Notes: generated from the sequence alone by a model not told the origin. Shown: positions 19,823 through 30,616, numbered from the stretch's first letter. The stretch: 64,000 nucleotides of DNA from Gammaproteobacteria bacterium (GCA_965238175.1 CBDEGZ010000003.1:2752001-2816000), one strand, 5' to 3'. Made by a program: numbers and translations.

Positions 19823-21082
19823 ATGAACTTTTCACGCTTCGGTAAGAAATTCACACAACAATCCGGCATTCTTCAATTGATGAATGATCTTGGCCAAGCA
19901 ATGTCTGGTAATTCAGACATGTTAATGCTTGGTGGTGGAAACCCTGGTCACATTCCTGAAGTCCAGTCCCTTTTCCGCAAACGGATGCAGCAGATCCTGA
20001 ATAATGAGAATGCTTTCGAAAAATTAATCGGCAATTATGATCCACCACAAGGTGATCAAGAATATACAAAAGCATTAGCAACATTATTAAAAAATACCTA
20101 TGGCTGGGATATAAGATCAGAGAACATTGCGTTGACATTGGGCAGTCAATCAAGTTTTTTCATGTTGTTTAATCTCTTTGCTGGTGAGACTAATGACAGT
20201 AAAAAGAAGAAGATCCTTTTTCCCCTGACACCTGAATATATTGGCTATTCAGATCTTGGTTTAACAGAAAATTCTTTTATTTCACAACGTCCATCAATCG
20301 AACACATAGACAATCACACATTTAAATATCATGTTGATTTCGACACATTAGAGATATCCGATAACATCGGTGCCTTATGTGTTTCACGCCCAACCAATCC
20401 AACTGGCAACGTGCTAACTGATGCAGAAATTAACCACTTATCAAGGCTAGCTGAAGAACACCAAATTCCACTCATTATCGATAACGCCTACGGCCTTCCC
20501 TTTCCAGGCATCATTTTTACCGAAGCTCAAGCCATTTGGAATGACACTACAATTCTGTGTATGAGTTTATCTAAACTGGGTTTACCTGGCACGAGAACCG
20601 GGATCGTTATTGCAGATCCAAAAGTGATCGCAGCTATCACTGGAATGAATGCAATTTTTAATTTGGCTACCAGTGGCTTTGGTCCACAACTAACCTTGGA
20701 AATGGTAAAAACGGGTAACATAATTTCTTTAAGTAAAAATTTGATAACACCTTATTATCAACAAAAAGCCGAGCAAGCTATTGCCTGGCTGTCAGAGCTT
20801 TTGCAAGGTGTTGACTTCCATCTACATAAGGCAGAAGGTGCACTTTTTTTATGGCTTTGGCTACGTGAATTACCGATAAAAAGTGAAGTTCTTTATGAAA
20901 GAATAAAAAATCGTGGCGCACTTGTGGTGTCGGGACATTATTTTTTTCCAGGCCTCCAAGATGAATGGCAACATCAGCACGAATGTATACGGATCACCTA
21001 TTCACAAGATGATGAAACGGTTCGGAAAGGTCTTGAAATTATCGCAAAAGAAATTAAACGCGCTTATGATAATTCTGCTTAA
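19823..21082 (+). CDS. avtA: Valine-pyruvate aminotransferase
   Basis: MNFSRFGKKFT..SGILQLMNDL, LGGGNP, SRPTNPTGNV, DNAYG, SLSKLGLPGTRTG. Confidence 0.93.
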   Translation: MNFSRFGKKFTQQSGILQLMNDLGQAMSGNSDMLMLGGGNPGHIPEVQSLFRKRMQQILNNENAFEKLIGNYDPPQGDQEYTKALATLLKNTYGWDIRSENIALTLGSQSSFFMLFNLFAGETNDSKKKKILFPLTPEYIGYSDLGLTENSFISQRPSIEHIDNHTFKYHVDFDTLEISDNIGALCVSRPTNPTGNVLTDAEINHLSRLAEEHQIPLIIDNAYGLPFPGIIFTEAQAIWNDTTILCMSLSKLGLPGTRTGIVIADPKVIAAITGMNAIFNLATSGFGPQLTLEMVKTGNIISLSKNLITPYYQQKAEQAIAWLSELLQGVDFHLHKAEGALFLWLWLRELPIKSEVLYERIKNRGALVVSGHYFFPGLQDEWQHQHECIRITYSQDDETVRKGLEIIAKEIKRAYDNSA

Positions 21083-21629
21083 TCACATACCAGAGACTAC
21101 CCACATCAGACTTTTGTTCAACCAATAAAAGAGTGATCAAAATTTCCTCCAGTGAAGCAAGAACACAAACAACAACGGCAGCATGAAATAACCAAACCGT
21201 GCCGCCAAGGAATAACACAATAGACGAGATCGCCATAAAAACTGCAGCGATTTTTGTTAGCCATGTATGATAGCTCGGATAGTTTCCAAACTTAAAAATA
21301 CAGATCAAAACCGGCAAGACAACACTGCACAAAATCGCGACCACATAAAACATTTCTTGTCGTATAACTTCCGGCCATAATAGCCAGGCACATATGGGTA
21401 TCGTTAAGTAAACCGCAAAATCTGCAAGGCTATCTAGCTTTGCTCCAAGTGATGATTGCAAATTAAACTTTCTAGCAATCGCACCATCCAGAGCGTCTGT
21501 GACAAAGCTAAATGTGAGTAAAGACAAAAAAATGGTTGAGTAACCTTTGTAAGAAAAAAAGATCAAAAGTGGCACCGTCAATAAGCGCATAACACTTAAA
21601 ACATTTGGGATATACGCTGGTAGACTCAT
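21054..21629 (-). CDS. CDP-alcohol phosphatidyltransferase family protein
   Basis: IPNVLSVMR and the DALDGAIAR...GAKLDSLAD motif. Confidence 0.9.
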   Translation of the reverse strand: MSLPAYIPNVLSVMRLLTVPLLIFFSYKGYSTIFLSLLTFSFVTDALDGAIARKFNLQSSLGAKLDSLADFAVYLTIPICAWLLWPEVIRQEMFYVVAILCSVVLPVLICIFKFGNYPSYHTWLTKIAAVFMAISSIVLFLGGTVWLFHAAVVVCVLASLEEILITLLLVEQKSDVGSLWYVIKQNYHKRV

Positions 21630-21931
21630 TCTAAGTTTGACTGGTTCTTATCTGTTCTGTCCTTACCCGAACTGTTATCTTTTTCCGTATCACTATTTTT
21701 CAAGTTACTTGCTTTGTCGACAACGTCTTTCGTTTTGTCTTGCATCACTTTTAGCCAATGCTTGGCCCAGGCAAACTCCAGACTGAGAATGGCTAAACCT
21801 GCAGGAATAACGACAATAGCTGGACCTGGTGTAACAAACATTATTATTCCGATAATGACCACTGTTGTACCAATAAGAAAGATCGTAATACGCCGGATCA
21901 ATTTATAAGTTATTTCTAAGGTATGTCGCAT
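21626..21931 (-). CDS. PGPGW-domain small membrane protein
   Basis: GIIMFVTPGPAIVVIPAGLAILSLEFAWA. Confidence 0.85.
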   Translation of the reverse strand: MRHTLEITYKLIRRITIFLIGTTVVIIGIIMFVTPGPAIVVIPAGLAILSLEFAWAKHWLKVMQDKTKDVVDKASNLKNSDTEKDNSSGKDRTDKNQSNLE

Positions 21932-21940
21932 TTCTGGAAT

Positions 21941-22717
21941 TTAAGGTTCAATCAAGCCAAACCCAGCCTGTAGGGCAGCATGATCTGACAATTTACGCCA
22001 TGTTTTTGACTTAAGACAGCGACAATTTTCGGGGGTTAAATTACGAAAATAAATTCTATCAACAGGTAATACAGGCCACCAGACTGGAAAGGTTTTCGCG
22101 CGTTCGCCGGTAAGTGTTTCAAATACTTCTGAAAGTCCTAACTGCTGACTAATACTCTTTTCAGCTTGCCCCAGCCAATCATTAAAATCACCCGCAATAA
22201 TTAACGGACATTCTGCCGGCACTTGAGTTTTAATGCGATGAGATAATACTCGCAGCTGGCGCCGTCGTTCCGATGCACGAAGGGCTAGATGAATACAAAA
22301 AACATGAAAATATTTCTTAGAATGGGGCACGTGTATTACCGCATGTAATAAACTTCTACTCGCACGTTTACTACTGGATACATTAATGTTCTCCCAATGG
22401 ATAATGGGGTACTTACTCAAGATTGCATTGCCATGATGCCCAGAATAATAAATAGCATTTTTGCCATATGCATAATGAGGCCACATTTTTTCAGCAAGGA
22501 ATTCAAATTGCGGAAGAGAAGGCCATCCGTTTATGCGTTCTTTTTTTCGCTCATGTTCACCTTGTATTTCTTGCAAGAAAACCAGATCGACATCTTCGAT
22601 TTCGATCGCGTCACGAATTTGATGTAACACAAATCGGAAATTACCCGTGCTAAATCCTTTGTGAATATTATAGGTTAGCACTCTAAAGTGCTCGGGAACT
22701 TCTGTTGTTTTTTTCAT
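21941..22717 (-). CDS. Endonuclease/exonuclease/phosphatase family protein (YbhP-like)
   Basis: TYNIHKG, FLQE, HGNAILS, AGDFNDW, DRIY, LSDH. Confidence 0.92.
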   Translation of the reverse strand: MKKTTEVPEHFRVLTYNIHKGFSTGNFRFVLHQIRDAIEIEDVDLVFLQEIQGEHERKKERINGWPSLPQFEFLAEKMWPHYAYGKNAIYYSGHHGNAILSKYPIIHWENINVSSSKRASRSLLHAVIHVPHSKKYFHVFCIHLALRASERRRQLRVLSHRIKTQVPAECPLIIAGDFNDWLGQAEKSISQQLGLSEVFETLTGERAKTFPVWWPVLPVDRIYFRNLTPENCRCLKSKTWRKLSDHAALQAGFGLIEP

Positions 22718-22726
22718 TCCCTCTCT

Positions 22727-24532
22727 TTACTTATTACTTCCAAGTCGTGCTTTAATTTCATCTCCTTTACCAGAATCTTCTTGAGCATTTTCCATCAGAA
22801 AATCCACCCAATTATTAAAACGATCGACTATAGACTCTTCCTTTTTAGAGGGTGGAACATAAACTTCTTCGATGACAACAGTATTAGCCTTTTTAGTATT
22901 ACTTTTATCTTCAACTACTTTTGGTTTTTTTTCTAAAGGTACTGCATTGCTTACTTCATCAACAATGATAATTTTACCTTCCGCAGCTAATTCAGCTGCT
23001 GTTTGTTCATCAAGAACCAATGGCGATCCCTCTTGAGATGACGCTGAGATAATTCCAGCCTCTTTAATCGGGGCTGCTTGTTCTGAAATAGTCGTTTCTG
23101 ATAAATTTGTTCCTGTACTAGTACTACCAATTACGACAGGTTCTCCATCAACAATAATTACCCTTTCTTGAATAACCGGTAGTTCATTCAACTTTTCTAC
23201 GGATCCTTCGATGGGAGCTTCTTCTGTATTTATAACGGGACTTTCTGACTCTTGAGTAATGATCAGTTGTCCTTGAATCAACTCTACAGGTTTATCACTG
23301 ATCACATCTTGCGGTACAAAACCTGGCCTGACCACTTGCTGTATTTTCTGAAAGTTACCGATAAACAAACCACTAACCAATACCGTTAGCATTATCAATG
23401 CATATTTTAACCCTCGTCGAAAACCAGCTTTATGAGCAAGTTCCACAGATTCTACCGAAGTGGGATCTTCATCCATCAACATTGCGGTGAGATCAGGTTC
23501 ATCATGTAGCTTTGTTACTGTTTGCGTTAATGATTCCTTGACAATAGATACAATCTGACCAGAGGCGTGACCTGACAAAATTTGTTCGGAAGATGAGCCA
23601 ACTTTCTCTGTCAACTCAGGTGAAGTGAGAAACTCCTGCCTCCAAGCCATGATCGTTTGCGGCCTGTCACGAGTTAAGAAAGCGAGACCATGATCAATCG
23701 CCTTAATAAAATCGCTAGAGTATCGTTTATCAGCCAGTTCATGACAGGCTATCAAATTATCCTGTTCATTCCCTGTCAACGCCTCACCACGAGTAATCGC
23801 ATCACTCGGCGGCACACCTGTAACTGCACGATATAACGTTGCGGCCATTCCATAAATATCCGACCATGGCCCTTGTTTATCACTCTTACTAACGTATTGC
23901 TCTATCGGTGCATAGCCTGGTGAGACTAGACTGGTTAAAGTGTGTGTTTCTATTTCTAATGATTGACGTGCAGAACCAAAATCAAGCAGTACTGGAGATC
24001 CATCTGTACGAATAAAAATATTTGCGGGTTTTATATCTCGGTGGATAAAACCAGCTTCATGTACTCGCTCTAGTCCATCGAGAACGGGAAAAAGAATATT
24101 TAGTAGATCTGATTCATCAAGAAACTTCTGTCGGATCAAAACTTCTTTAAGACTCACGCCCTGCTCATATCCCATCACCATATAAGCCGAATTATTCGCT
24201 TCAAAGATATTCATTATCCGAACAACATTAGGATGATCAAATTGATCAAGAATACGCGCTTCATCAATAAAACGTTGTAGGCCTTGGGTGAATTTTTCTT
24301 GCAGCGTTTCAGAAACTGGTCGGACAGTCTCCGCACCATCTCGCATGGCATATTGCCCTGGTAGAAATTCTTTAATGGCGACCAGACGATCGAGATTTAT
24401 GTCACGTGCCAGATAGGTAATCCCAAATGCACCTTGCCCAAGCACTGATTTGATCTGATACCACAGCAATTCATACCCTGCGGGCAGGGCATTACGTGAG
24501 TTTAAGTTGTTCCCCTGTGGTGCCTTTTGCAT
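22727..24532 (-). CDS. Hanks-type Ser/Thr protein kinase with one TM helix and a low-complexity C-terminus
   Basis: LGQGAFGITY, VAIKE, HRDIKPANI, LLDFGSAR, GYAPIEQY; TM at YALIMLTVLVSGLFI. Confidence 0.93.
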   Translation of the reverse strand: MQKAPQGNNLNSRNALPAGYELLWYQIKSVLGQGAFGITYLARDINLDRLVAIKEFLPGQYAMRDGAETVRPVSETLQEKFTQGLQRFIDEARILDQFDHPNVVRIMNIFEANNSAYMVMGYEQGVSLKEVLIRQKFLDESDLLNILFPVLDGLERVHEAGFIHRDIKPANIFIRTDGSPVLLDFGSARQSLEIETHTLTSLVSPGYAPIEQYVSKSDKQGPWSDIYGMAATLYRAVTGVPPSDAITRGEALTGNEQDNLIACHELADKRYSSDFIKAIDHGLAFLTRDRPQTIMAWRQEFLTSPELTEKVGSSSEQILSGHASGQIVSIVKESLTQTVTKLHDEPDLTAMLMDEDPTSVESVELAHKAGFRRGLKYALIMLTVLVSGLFIGNFQKIQQVVRPGFVPQDVISDKPVELIQGQLIITQESESPVINTEEAPIEGSVEKLNELPVIQERVIIVDGEPVVIGSTSTGTNLSETTISEQAAPIKEAGIISASSQEGSPLVLDEQTAAELAAEGKIIIVDEVSNAVPLEKKPKVVEDKSNTKKANTVVIEEVYVPPSKKEESIVDRFNNWVDFLMENAQEDSGKGDEIKARLGSNK

Positions 24533-25628
24533 GATGGCTTATTACTCGATTCCGCCCTGATTCTTTTGCTTTGTAAACGGCTTGATCAGCCGCTTCAACA
24601 AGCTTATGTGCTGTTTCACTAATGTCATCGGTTTCCTCTATTAATCCCGTTGTTGCCACACCAACTGAAACAGAAACCTGCATATCGATTTCATTCGGAT
24701 CATACTCCCATTGTTCTATATTTTTTCTAATCCGTTCTGCAATTTCCATCGCCAGCTCAATATCAGCCTGTGCAAGCAAAACTGCAAATTCTTCACCGCC
24801 ATAGCGCGCAACAACGTCAATTGATCTGAGTTGCTCCCTGATCAATTGAGCGACATACCTCAGTACATCATCACCCACCTGATGCCCGAAGTTATCATTT
24901 ATACGCTTAAAATGATCAAGATCAATGAACAAACAGCCCAATGAAACACGATCTCTACGGGTTCGTTCAAGTTCTTCGTGTAAACGTTGGTCAAAAAATC
25001 GTCGATTATTGATGCCTGTTAGCCCATCAGTTAATCCAATAAAACGTAAGCGTTCACGAATTTCCGCCATTTCTAAACAAACAGAAACCACCGCTGCCAG
25101 GTGTTCCATAAAATCCGTTGCAGTATTTTCCTGAAATTTGTCTGGGTTATAACTCGCTAAAGTAAGAGATCCAATCAAACGTCGATTACGAATTAACGGT
25201 AATATTGCCGTACTACTGAGGCGTTGATCTGATTTTGGAAAAAGCCCAGAGTGCAAACGCGCTCGATAAGGCCCTAGGATTGGTCGTCGGCCATGCTCAA
25301 ATAATCGATCTATATGCTGAAGAGTATCAACTAGAAATAGTTCCGGAAAATCTGACCGTGGTGACCCTGTAGAGTCTAATAAACGATGAATTTCATATTC
25401 TGGGTCATGCAAAGTCAGTGAGATCACATCCCAACCGAAACCAGCGCGATAATCATAAAGTACTGTCCGCAGCATTTCGGGTAGAGAACCGCTGCGCATC
25501 AAACTTAACTCTAAAGACTGAAACCGCCGCCAACGTTCATCATTACGGCGTCCTTCGAGCAGCAGCCGATCTAGTTTTCGTTGTAATATTGCGTTAGATT
25601 GGTCTTGAATTATGCTCTTCCCGATCAA
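24492..25628 (-). CDS. DUF484/GAF-like plus GGDEF diguanylate cyclase
   Basis: DGLTGINNRR, DLDHFKRIND, RSID (I-site) and RYGGEEF; N-terminal ATDFMEHLA. Start uncertain. Confidence 0.9.
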   Translation of the reverse strand: MIGKSIIQDQSNAILQRKLDRLLLEGRRNDERWRRFQSLELSLMRSGSLPEMLRTVLYDYRAGFGWDVISLTLHDPEYEIHRLLDSTGSPRSDFPELFLVDTLQHIDRLFEHGRRPILGPYRARLHSGLFPKSDQRLSSTAILPLIRNRRLIGSLTLASYNPDKFQENTATDFMEHLAAVVSVCLEMAEIRERLRFIGLTDGLTGINNRRFFDQRLHEELERTRRDRVSLGCLFIDLDHFKRINDNFGHQVGDDVLRYVAQLIREQLRSIDVVARYGGEEFAVLLAQADIELAMEIAERIRKNIEQWEYDPNEIDMQVSVSVGVATTGLIEETDDISETAHKLVEAADQAVYKAKESGRNRVISHHAKGTTGEQLKLT

Positions 25629-25676
25629 AAAATCTATCTAAACTTAACTAGCACTCATATCAACTTGTATCCTGTT

Positions 25677-26714
25677 CTAGGTAACTTCTGCAATCACCAT
25701 ATCGGCGAACTCTGCCGTTGTTGCTTTACCACCTAGATCACCCGTTAAGTTCTTGCCCGCTCGGATTAACTTTTCCAATGCTTTACGAATACGATTTGCT
25801 TTTTCTTGCTCACCGACATGGTCCAACATCATCGCTGCACCAAGTAATAAAGCGGTTGGATTTGCGATCCCTTTCCCAGCGATATCTGGGGCCGATCCAT
25901 GCACGGCTTCAAATAAAGCTGCATCGTGACCAATGTTTCCACCGGGTGCCATTCCAAGCCCACCAACCAACCCGGCAATCTCATCAGATAGAATATCACC
26001 AAACATATTTGTCGTTAGAATGACATCAAATTGACTAGGATTCAGCACTAGCTGCATTGCGGTGTTATCAACAATCTTATCTTCAATTACCAAACGATCT
26101 TGATACTTCTTTCCGACTTCCTGACACGTTTCCAAAAATAGTCCTGTTAGAGCTTTGAGTATATTTGCTTTATGTACAATGGTCACCTTTTTTCGGCCAT
26201 TTTTTACTGCATATTCAAAGGCATATTCCGCAATCCGCCGACAACCACTACGCGTAATAAAACTGGATGACTCGGCCACCGCATGCGGATCGCCATCAAC
26301 AGGCACAAAATGTTCCGCACCAACGTACATTCCTTCAAGATTTTCCCTAATCAGCACAAGATCAATATCTGTATAACGGCCATCCGGAACAAAAGTTAGG
26401 GCTGGTCGCACATTTGCAAACAGTTTAAATGCCTCTCTCAAACGCACATTTACTGAACGAAAACCGCCACCAATCGGTGTAGTCAACGGCCCCTTTAACG
26501 CTAACTTTGTTTTTTTTATCGATTCAAGCACCGCATCTGGGATAGGATCACCGCCTTCATCCATCGCCGCCATTCCTGCAATCTGTTCATCCCATTCAAA
26601 AGGCGCATCCACAGCATCAAGAATACGAACCGTCGCTTTAACTATCTCAGGTCCAATACCATCACCATGTATAAGGGTTGCTGGAATAGTCTTTTTTGAA
26701 ACAGATTGAGTCAT
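25677..26714 (-). CDS. icd: Isocitrate/isopropylmalate dehydrogenase family protein, probably NAD-dependent isocitrate dehydrogenase
   Basis: GDGIGPEI, GGGFRSVNVRLR, HKANILK, NMFGDILSD, EAVHGSAPDIAG. Confidence 0.85.
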   Translation of the reverse strand: MTQSVSKKTIPATLIHGDGIGPEIVKATVRILDAVDAPFEWDEQIAGMAAMDEGGDPIPDAVLESIKKTKLALKGPLTTPIGGGFRSVNVRLREAFKLFANVRPALTFVPDGRYTDIDLVLIRENLEGMYVGAEHFVPVDGDPHAVAESSSFITRSGCRRIAEYAFEYAVKNGRKKVTIVHKANILKALTGLFLETCQEVGKKYQDRLVIEDKIVDNTAMQLVLNPSQFDVILTTNMFGDILSDEIAGLVGGLGMAPGGNIGHDAALFEAVHGSAPDIAGKGIANPTALLLGAAMMLDHVGEQEKANRIRKALEKLIRAGKNLTGDLGGKATTAEFADMVIAEVT

Positions 26715-26910
26715 AGTTTGATTTCCAAATAGATAGCTTACTTGTTAAATTGTCCCGTAGATTTTATACCAAACAAATCCATATGTACTGAAATAATGAT
26801 CTTAGTAGAATTAATCAACAGTTCCTAAATTAATCAAGTCTGCTAAAATCCTTCCCGCTAGATAAATCACGCTTCTCAAATAATGAAGAACAATCACACA
26901 AGGAACACAA

Positions 26911-27264
26911 ATGAACATCTATGTTGGAAATTTACCTTACAATACTGAAAAAGAAGATTTGGAGAACGTTTTTGCAAAATTTGGAGAAATTGAGTCCATA
27001 GACATTATCGTTGATCGCCGTTCGGGACGCTCTCGAGGATACGGCTTTGTCTCTATGCTTGATCAAGACGAGGCAAAACAAGCAGTGGAAAACCTCAACG
27101 GCAGCGAGCTAGGGGGACGAAATCTAAGAGTAGATTTTTCACGACCAAAACAGAGTAAAAAACCGAATCACAACAATAATAAACCGAGACAATCTGCACA
27201 ACAAGATAATACCCCTCCAAAATCAGGTGGAATTTTTGGTTTAATTAAACGAATTTTTAGCTAA
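26911..27264 (+). CDS. RRM-domain RNA-binding protein
   Basis: RNP2 IYVGNL and RNP1 RGYGFV. Confidence 0.93.
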   Translation: MNIYVGNLPYNTEKEDLENVFAKFGEIESIDIIVDRRSGRSRGYGFVSMLDQDEAKQAVENLNGSELGGRNLRVDFSRPKQSKKPNHNNNKPRQSAQQDNTPPKSGGIFGLIKRIFS

Positions 27265-27287
27265 TTGACTAAACTAGTGAAACTCTC

Positions 27288-27313
27288 AGGAGCATCAACC
27301 TGTTGATGCTCCT
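27288..27313 (+). terminator. Terminator-like hairpin after the RRM gene
   Basis: AGGAGCATCAAC-CT-GTTGATGCTCCT followed by TATT. Confidence 0.7.
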
Positions 27314-27509
27314 TATTCACAAAATCTGTCCCATCACTTATTTCAAACTAAAATCGTAAACCCATCCTATATGAATTGCCGCGTCTACCACGTTGTCTGA
27401 GCCACGCATTTATGAACTATCGATTATCATCATGTTTAGATTAGTGGGAAAAATATCGATAAAAATGTATTCGAATTATGTTTGAATTTATAATTTCATC
27501 TCTTTATTT

Positions 27510-28667
27510 CTATCCTTTAAGCTCAAAATAAGCCCACTCAACCCAGAGCATTAATTTTTCCACATCATTAGACTCAATCGTTGCTCCACACCAAATACGC
27601 AAACCTGGTGGCGCGTCAATATACGATCCAAAATCATAACCGGCATTTTCACTTTCAACTAAAGATACAAGTCGATTGATTATATTACGTTGTTGTTGTT
27701 CTGACATTTTCACAAACCAGGGATCAATTACTTTCAAACAAACACCCGTATTTGATATCGTCTGCTTATCTTGAGCCAAAAAATCGATCCAACCTTTTTC
27801 TTCGATCCATTTTTTGATCACTCCTAAACTACGCTCAGAACGCGCAATAAGACCTGACAGACCACCTTCACTTTTAGCCCATTTCAACACATCAAGATAA
27901 TCTTCAACACAGAGCATCGACGGTGTGTTTATAGTCAGCCCTTGAAATATTTTTTCATTTAATTCTCCATTTTTTGTTAAACGAAAAATTTTCGGCATCG
28001 GCCATGTGGGTTTCCATGACTGCAATCGTTTAACTGTTTGCGGACTGATAATCAACATGCCATGAGCAGCTTCACCACCCAACACTTTTTGCCATGAATA
28101 AGTCACAACATCCAACTTATCCCATGGTAATTTCATCGCAAATACCGCCGAGGTTGCATCACAGATCGTCAAGCCTTTTCTATCTTTTTTTATCCAATCA
28201 CCATCGACTATTTTCACACCAGACGTCGTTCCATTCCAAGTGAAAACAACATCGTGATCAAAATTAACTTTCGTTAGATCTGGAAGCTTTCCATAATCCG
28301 CCTCATGCCGACTCACCTTCTCTAATTGAAGTTGATTTAAAACATCATTAATCCAACCAGCACCAAAACTTTCCCATGCCAACACATCAACACCACGCTC
28401 TCCAAGAAGTGACCATAATGCAATCTCTACCGCACCCGTATCTGAAGCAGGAACAATAGCGATACGATAATCATCAGGAACTTCTAATATTTCACGTGTT
28501 CGATCAATCGCCTCAGCCAGTTTTCTTTTGCCCGGTTCTGATCGGTGCGAACGACCCAGTAAAGCACCTTCTAAATTGCTAAGTGACCAACCTGGTCGTT
28601 TCGAACATGGTCCTGACGAAAATAAAGGGTTATCAGGTTTTACTTTTGGCTTTAATACTTGATTCAA
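27510..28667 (-). CDS. serC: Phosphoserine aminotransferase, Methanosarcina/alphaproteobacterial type
   Basis: [59 protein letters not shown]. Confidence 0.9.
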   Translation of the reverse strand: MNQVLKPKVKPDNPLFSSGPCSKRPGWSLSNLEGALLGRSHRSEPGKRKLAEAIDRTREILEVPDDYRIAIVPASDTGAVEIALWSLLGERGVDVLAWESFGAGWINDVLNQLQLEKVSRHEADYGKLPDLTKVNFDHDVVFTWNGTTSGVKIVDGDWIKKDRKGLTICDATSAVFAMKLPWDKLDVVTYSWQKVLGGEAAHGMLIISPQTVKRLQSWKPTWPMPKIFRLTKNGELNEKIFQGLTINTPSMLCVEDYLDVLKWAKSEGGLSGLIARSERSLGVIKKWIEEKGWIDFLAQDKQTISNTGVCLKVIDPWFVKMSEQQQRNIINRLVSLVESENAGYDFGSYIDAPPGLRIWCGATIESNDVEKLMLWVEWAYFELKG

Positions 28668-28772
28668 GACTCTTCTCTATTTAGTTTTTTACGATTTTTT
28701 GTGTTGATATGATGGCTACAGCTGAAGATTATATGCCATAATTTAATTTCGAATATTTGAAAGGGATTCTCT

Positions 28773-29405
28773 ATGCCTAAGTCTGCGATCAATTCTGAGC
28801 CTCACACTGGGCTCAACATTGGTTTTATGGCTTCTTACAATGCTAGTGGTATGCTTTCGGTGCTGAATGCCGTTGCAAATGGATTAGGCATAAAACCAAC
28901 CGTACTGATTTGTAACAACAAAAATGCAAATGCCTTCACACTCGCCAAAAAATATGACTTGCCAGCTTACCACTTGAGTAGCAAAACACATGAAGATGAT
29001 GCGGATTTAGATCAAACTATCTGCGACCGACTACAACAACACAAGGTGGATCTCATCCTTCTTTCTGGCTACATGAAAAAACTTGGTCCAAAAATGTTAA
29101 CTGAATACCCGCATAGAATTCTAAATATTCACCCTTCATTGCTACCGAAGTTTGGTGGCAAAGGTATGTATGGTGATCATGTCCATCAGGCTGTGTTAGA
29201 TAACCATGCTAAGGAAACCGGTGCGACTGTACACATTGTAACTGCAGAATATGATCAAGGTCCTATTCTCAATCAGCAAAGTGTCTCGCTAGGCAACAAC
29301 GAAAGCCTTGAAAGCATACGAGAAAAAGTCAGACAAATTGAAGCTCATCTGTATGTCGATACGTTGGGAGGAATTCTTTCTGGCGATATTGAAATACCAC
29401 AATAG
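28773..29405 (+). CDS. purN: Phosphoribosylglycinamide formyltransferase (PurN-like)
   Basis: LSGYMK, LNIHPSLLPKFGG, GATVH...YDQGPI. Confidence 0.85.
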   Translation: MPKSAINSEPHTGLNIGFMASYNASGMLSVLNAVANGLGIKPTVLICNNKNANAFTLAKKYDLPAYHLSSKTHEDDADLDQTICDRLQQHKVDLILLSGYMKKLGPKMLTEYPHRILNIHPSLLPKFGGKGMYGDHVHQAVLDNHAKETGATVHIVTAEYDQGPILNQQSVSLGNNESLESIREKVRQIEAHLYVDTLGGILSGDIEIPQ

Positions 29406-29480
29406 GATCAATGATTATTAGATAAATGTTATAATCACCAGACATTAACCTCACAATAACAACAAGAAATGGAATGGTAA

Positions 29481-29969
29481 ATGAACACAATTTTTACGCA
29501 AGACGCTCTAATAAAACTTAAACCGATCAATGAGAACTACCACATTAATTTTGATCCCGATCTGTTTTTTGCCAAAAAAAAATCATTAACACAACTTGAG
29601 TCAGAAGCTGAAAAAAATACCTACGCTGAATTTCTGGCTCGGAAGATAAGACGTGACCCCAATCTGTTAGATGCGCATATTCAACGTATTCATCTAAACT
29701 ATTTACTCAAAAATGAAGAAGCTTACTTTGGTGCGGTTATTGATTTTTTTATCACTTTAGGTTCAAAAGGATTATCTCTAAAAAAATCTGTCCTTAAACC
29801 GACCTATGATCTTTTTAGCAAAGAACATGCAGGTTTCATAAAAAAACATTTGCATACAGGAATATCAGCAACACAATTTATCCCAAGTTCAGAATCACGC
29901 TTATCTAAAGGGCTAAGCTCTACTTCAGCCGTTGTGATCAAAATAACAAGCTACAAGCCTCCCGTTTAA
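29481..29969 (+). CDS. Hypothetical helical protein, first gene of a two-gene pair
   Basis: 162-aa ORF with upstream GGA; RRDPNLLDAHIQRI...GAVIDFFITLG; 8 bp from the next ORF. Confidence 0.6.
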   Translation: MNTIFTQDALIKLKPINENYHINFDPDLFFAKKKSLTQLESEAEKNTYAEFLARKIRRDPNLLDAHIQRIHLNYLLKNEEAYFGAVIDFFITLGSKGLSLKKSVLKPTYDLFSKEHAGFIKKHLHTGISATQFIPSSESRLSKGLSSTSAVVIKITSYKPPV

Positions 29970-29977
29970 ATAATCCT

Positions 29978-30616
29978 GTGACCAATTATCAATTTGCAGA
30001 AAATATTTACCTCGCACCCACTCCTACGGGTGCTTTTTATGCTGTTTCTAACCCAGCACCAGAGCCATTACGAATTTTCTTACATGCACTTTTAAAACAG
30101 GAAAGAACGCCAAAGCCGATTACTAGCCAGCTCATTAACTGGACCCAAGCAAACAGTGTGAAGTCAATGATGGCACTCCTGCATGAAGCACAATTAATGA
30201 CCTATATTGAAGGTTTGCAAGAACCGCTTAAGTTACCTGACTCGGGTTTTGGTAACAGTGCAGAAATTCTATTGTCTTATTTGTCCACATCCGGCAATGC
30301 TGTTTTAGTTGATAATACAGGTTGTGCAATTGCCCACAGTGGTTTTGATCAAGAAACCGTTGAGATGCTTTCAGCGTTAAGTGCGGATTTACTTACTGTT
30401 CAGGATCGTCATGAAAAACGTCTGGAAAAACATTTCGATCTCACCATTAACGGCTGGGGAGCTATGGACGCATCGGGTTCCAGTCGGATTGGAACATGGC
30501 CTATTTATATTGGGCAGAAAAGACTTCTGCTGGTTATTCCTGGCGAGCCACGTTTTAACTGTCCTCAATTTACCTTATTAATTTGGAGTTTAGTTAAACG
30601 TTATTTTGATCAATAA
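29978..30616 (+). CDS. Hypothetical protein with a C-terminal roadblock/LC7-like segment
   Basis: GTG start; AVLVDNTGCAIAHSGFDQETVEMLSALSADL resembles the roadblock (MglB-like) pattern. Confidence 0.55.
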   Translation: MTNYQFAENIYLAPTPTGAFYAVSNPAPEPLRIFLHALLKQERTPKPITSQLINWTQANSVKSMMALLHEAQLMTYIEGLQEPLKLPDSGFGNSAEILLSYLSTSGNAVLVDNTGCAIAHSGFDQETVEMLSALSADLLTVQDRHEKRLEKHFDLTINGWGAMDASGSSRIGTWPIYIGQKRLLLVIPGEPRFNCPQFTLLIWSLVKRYFDQ

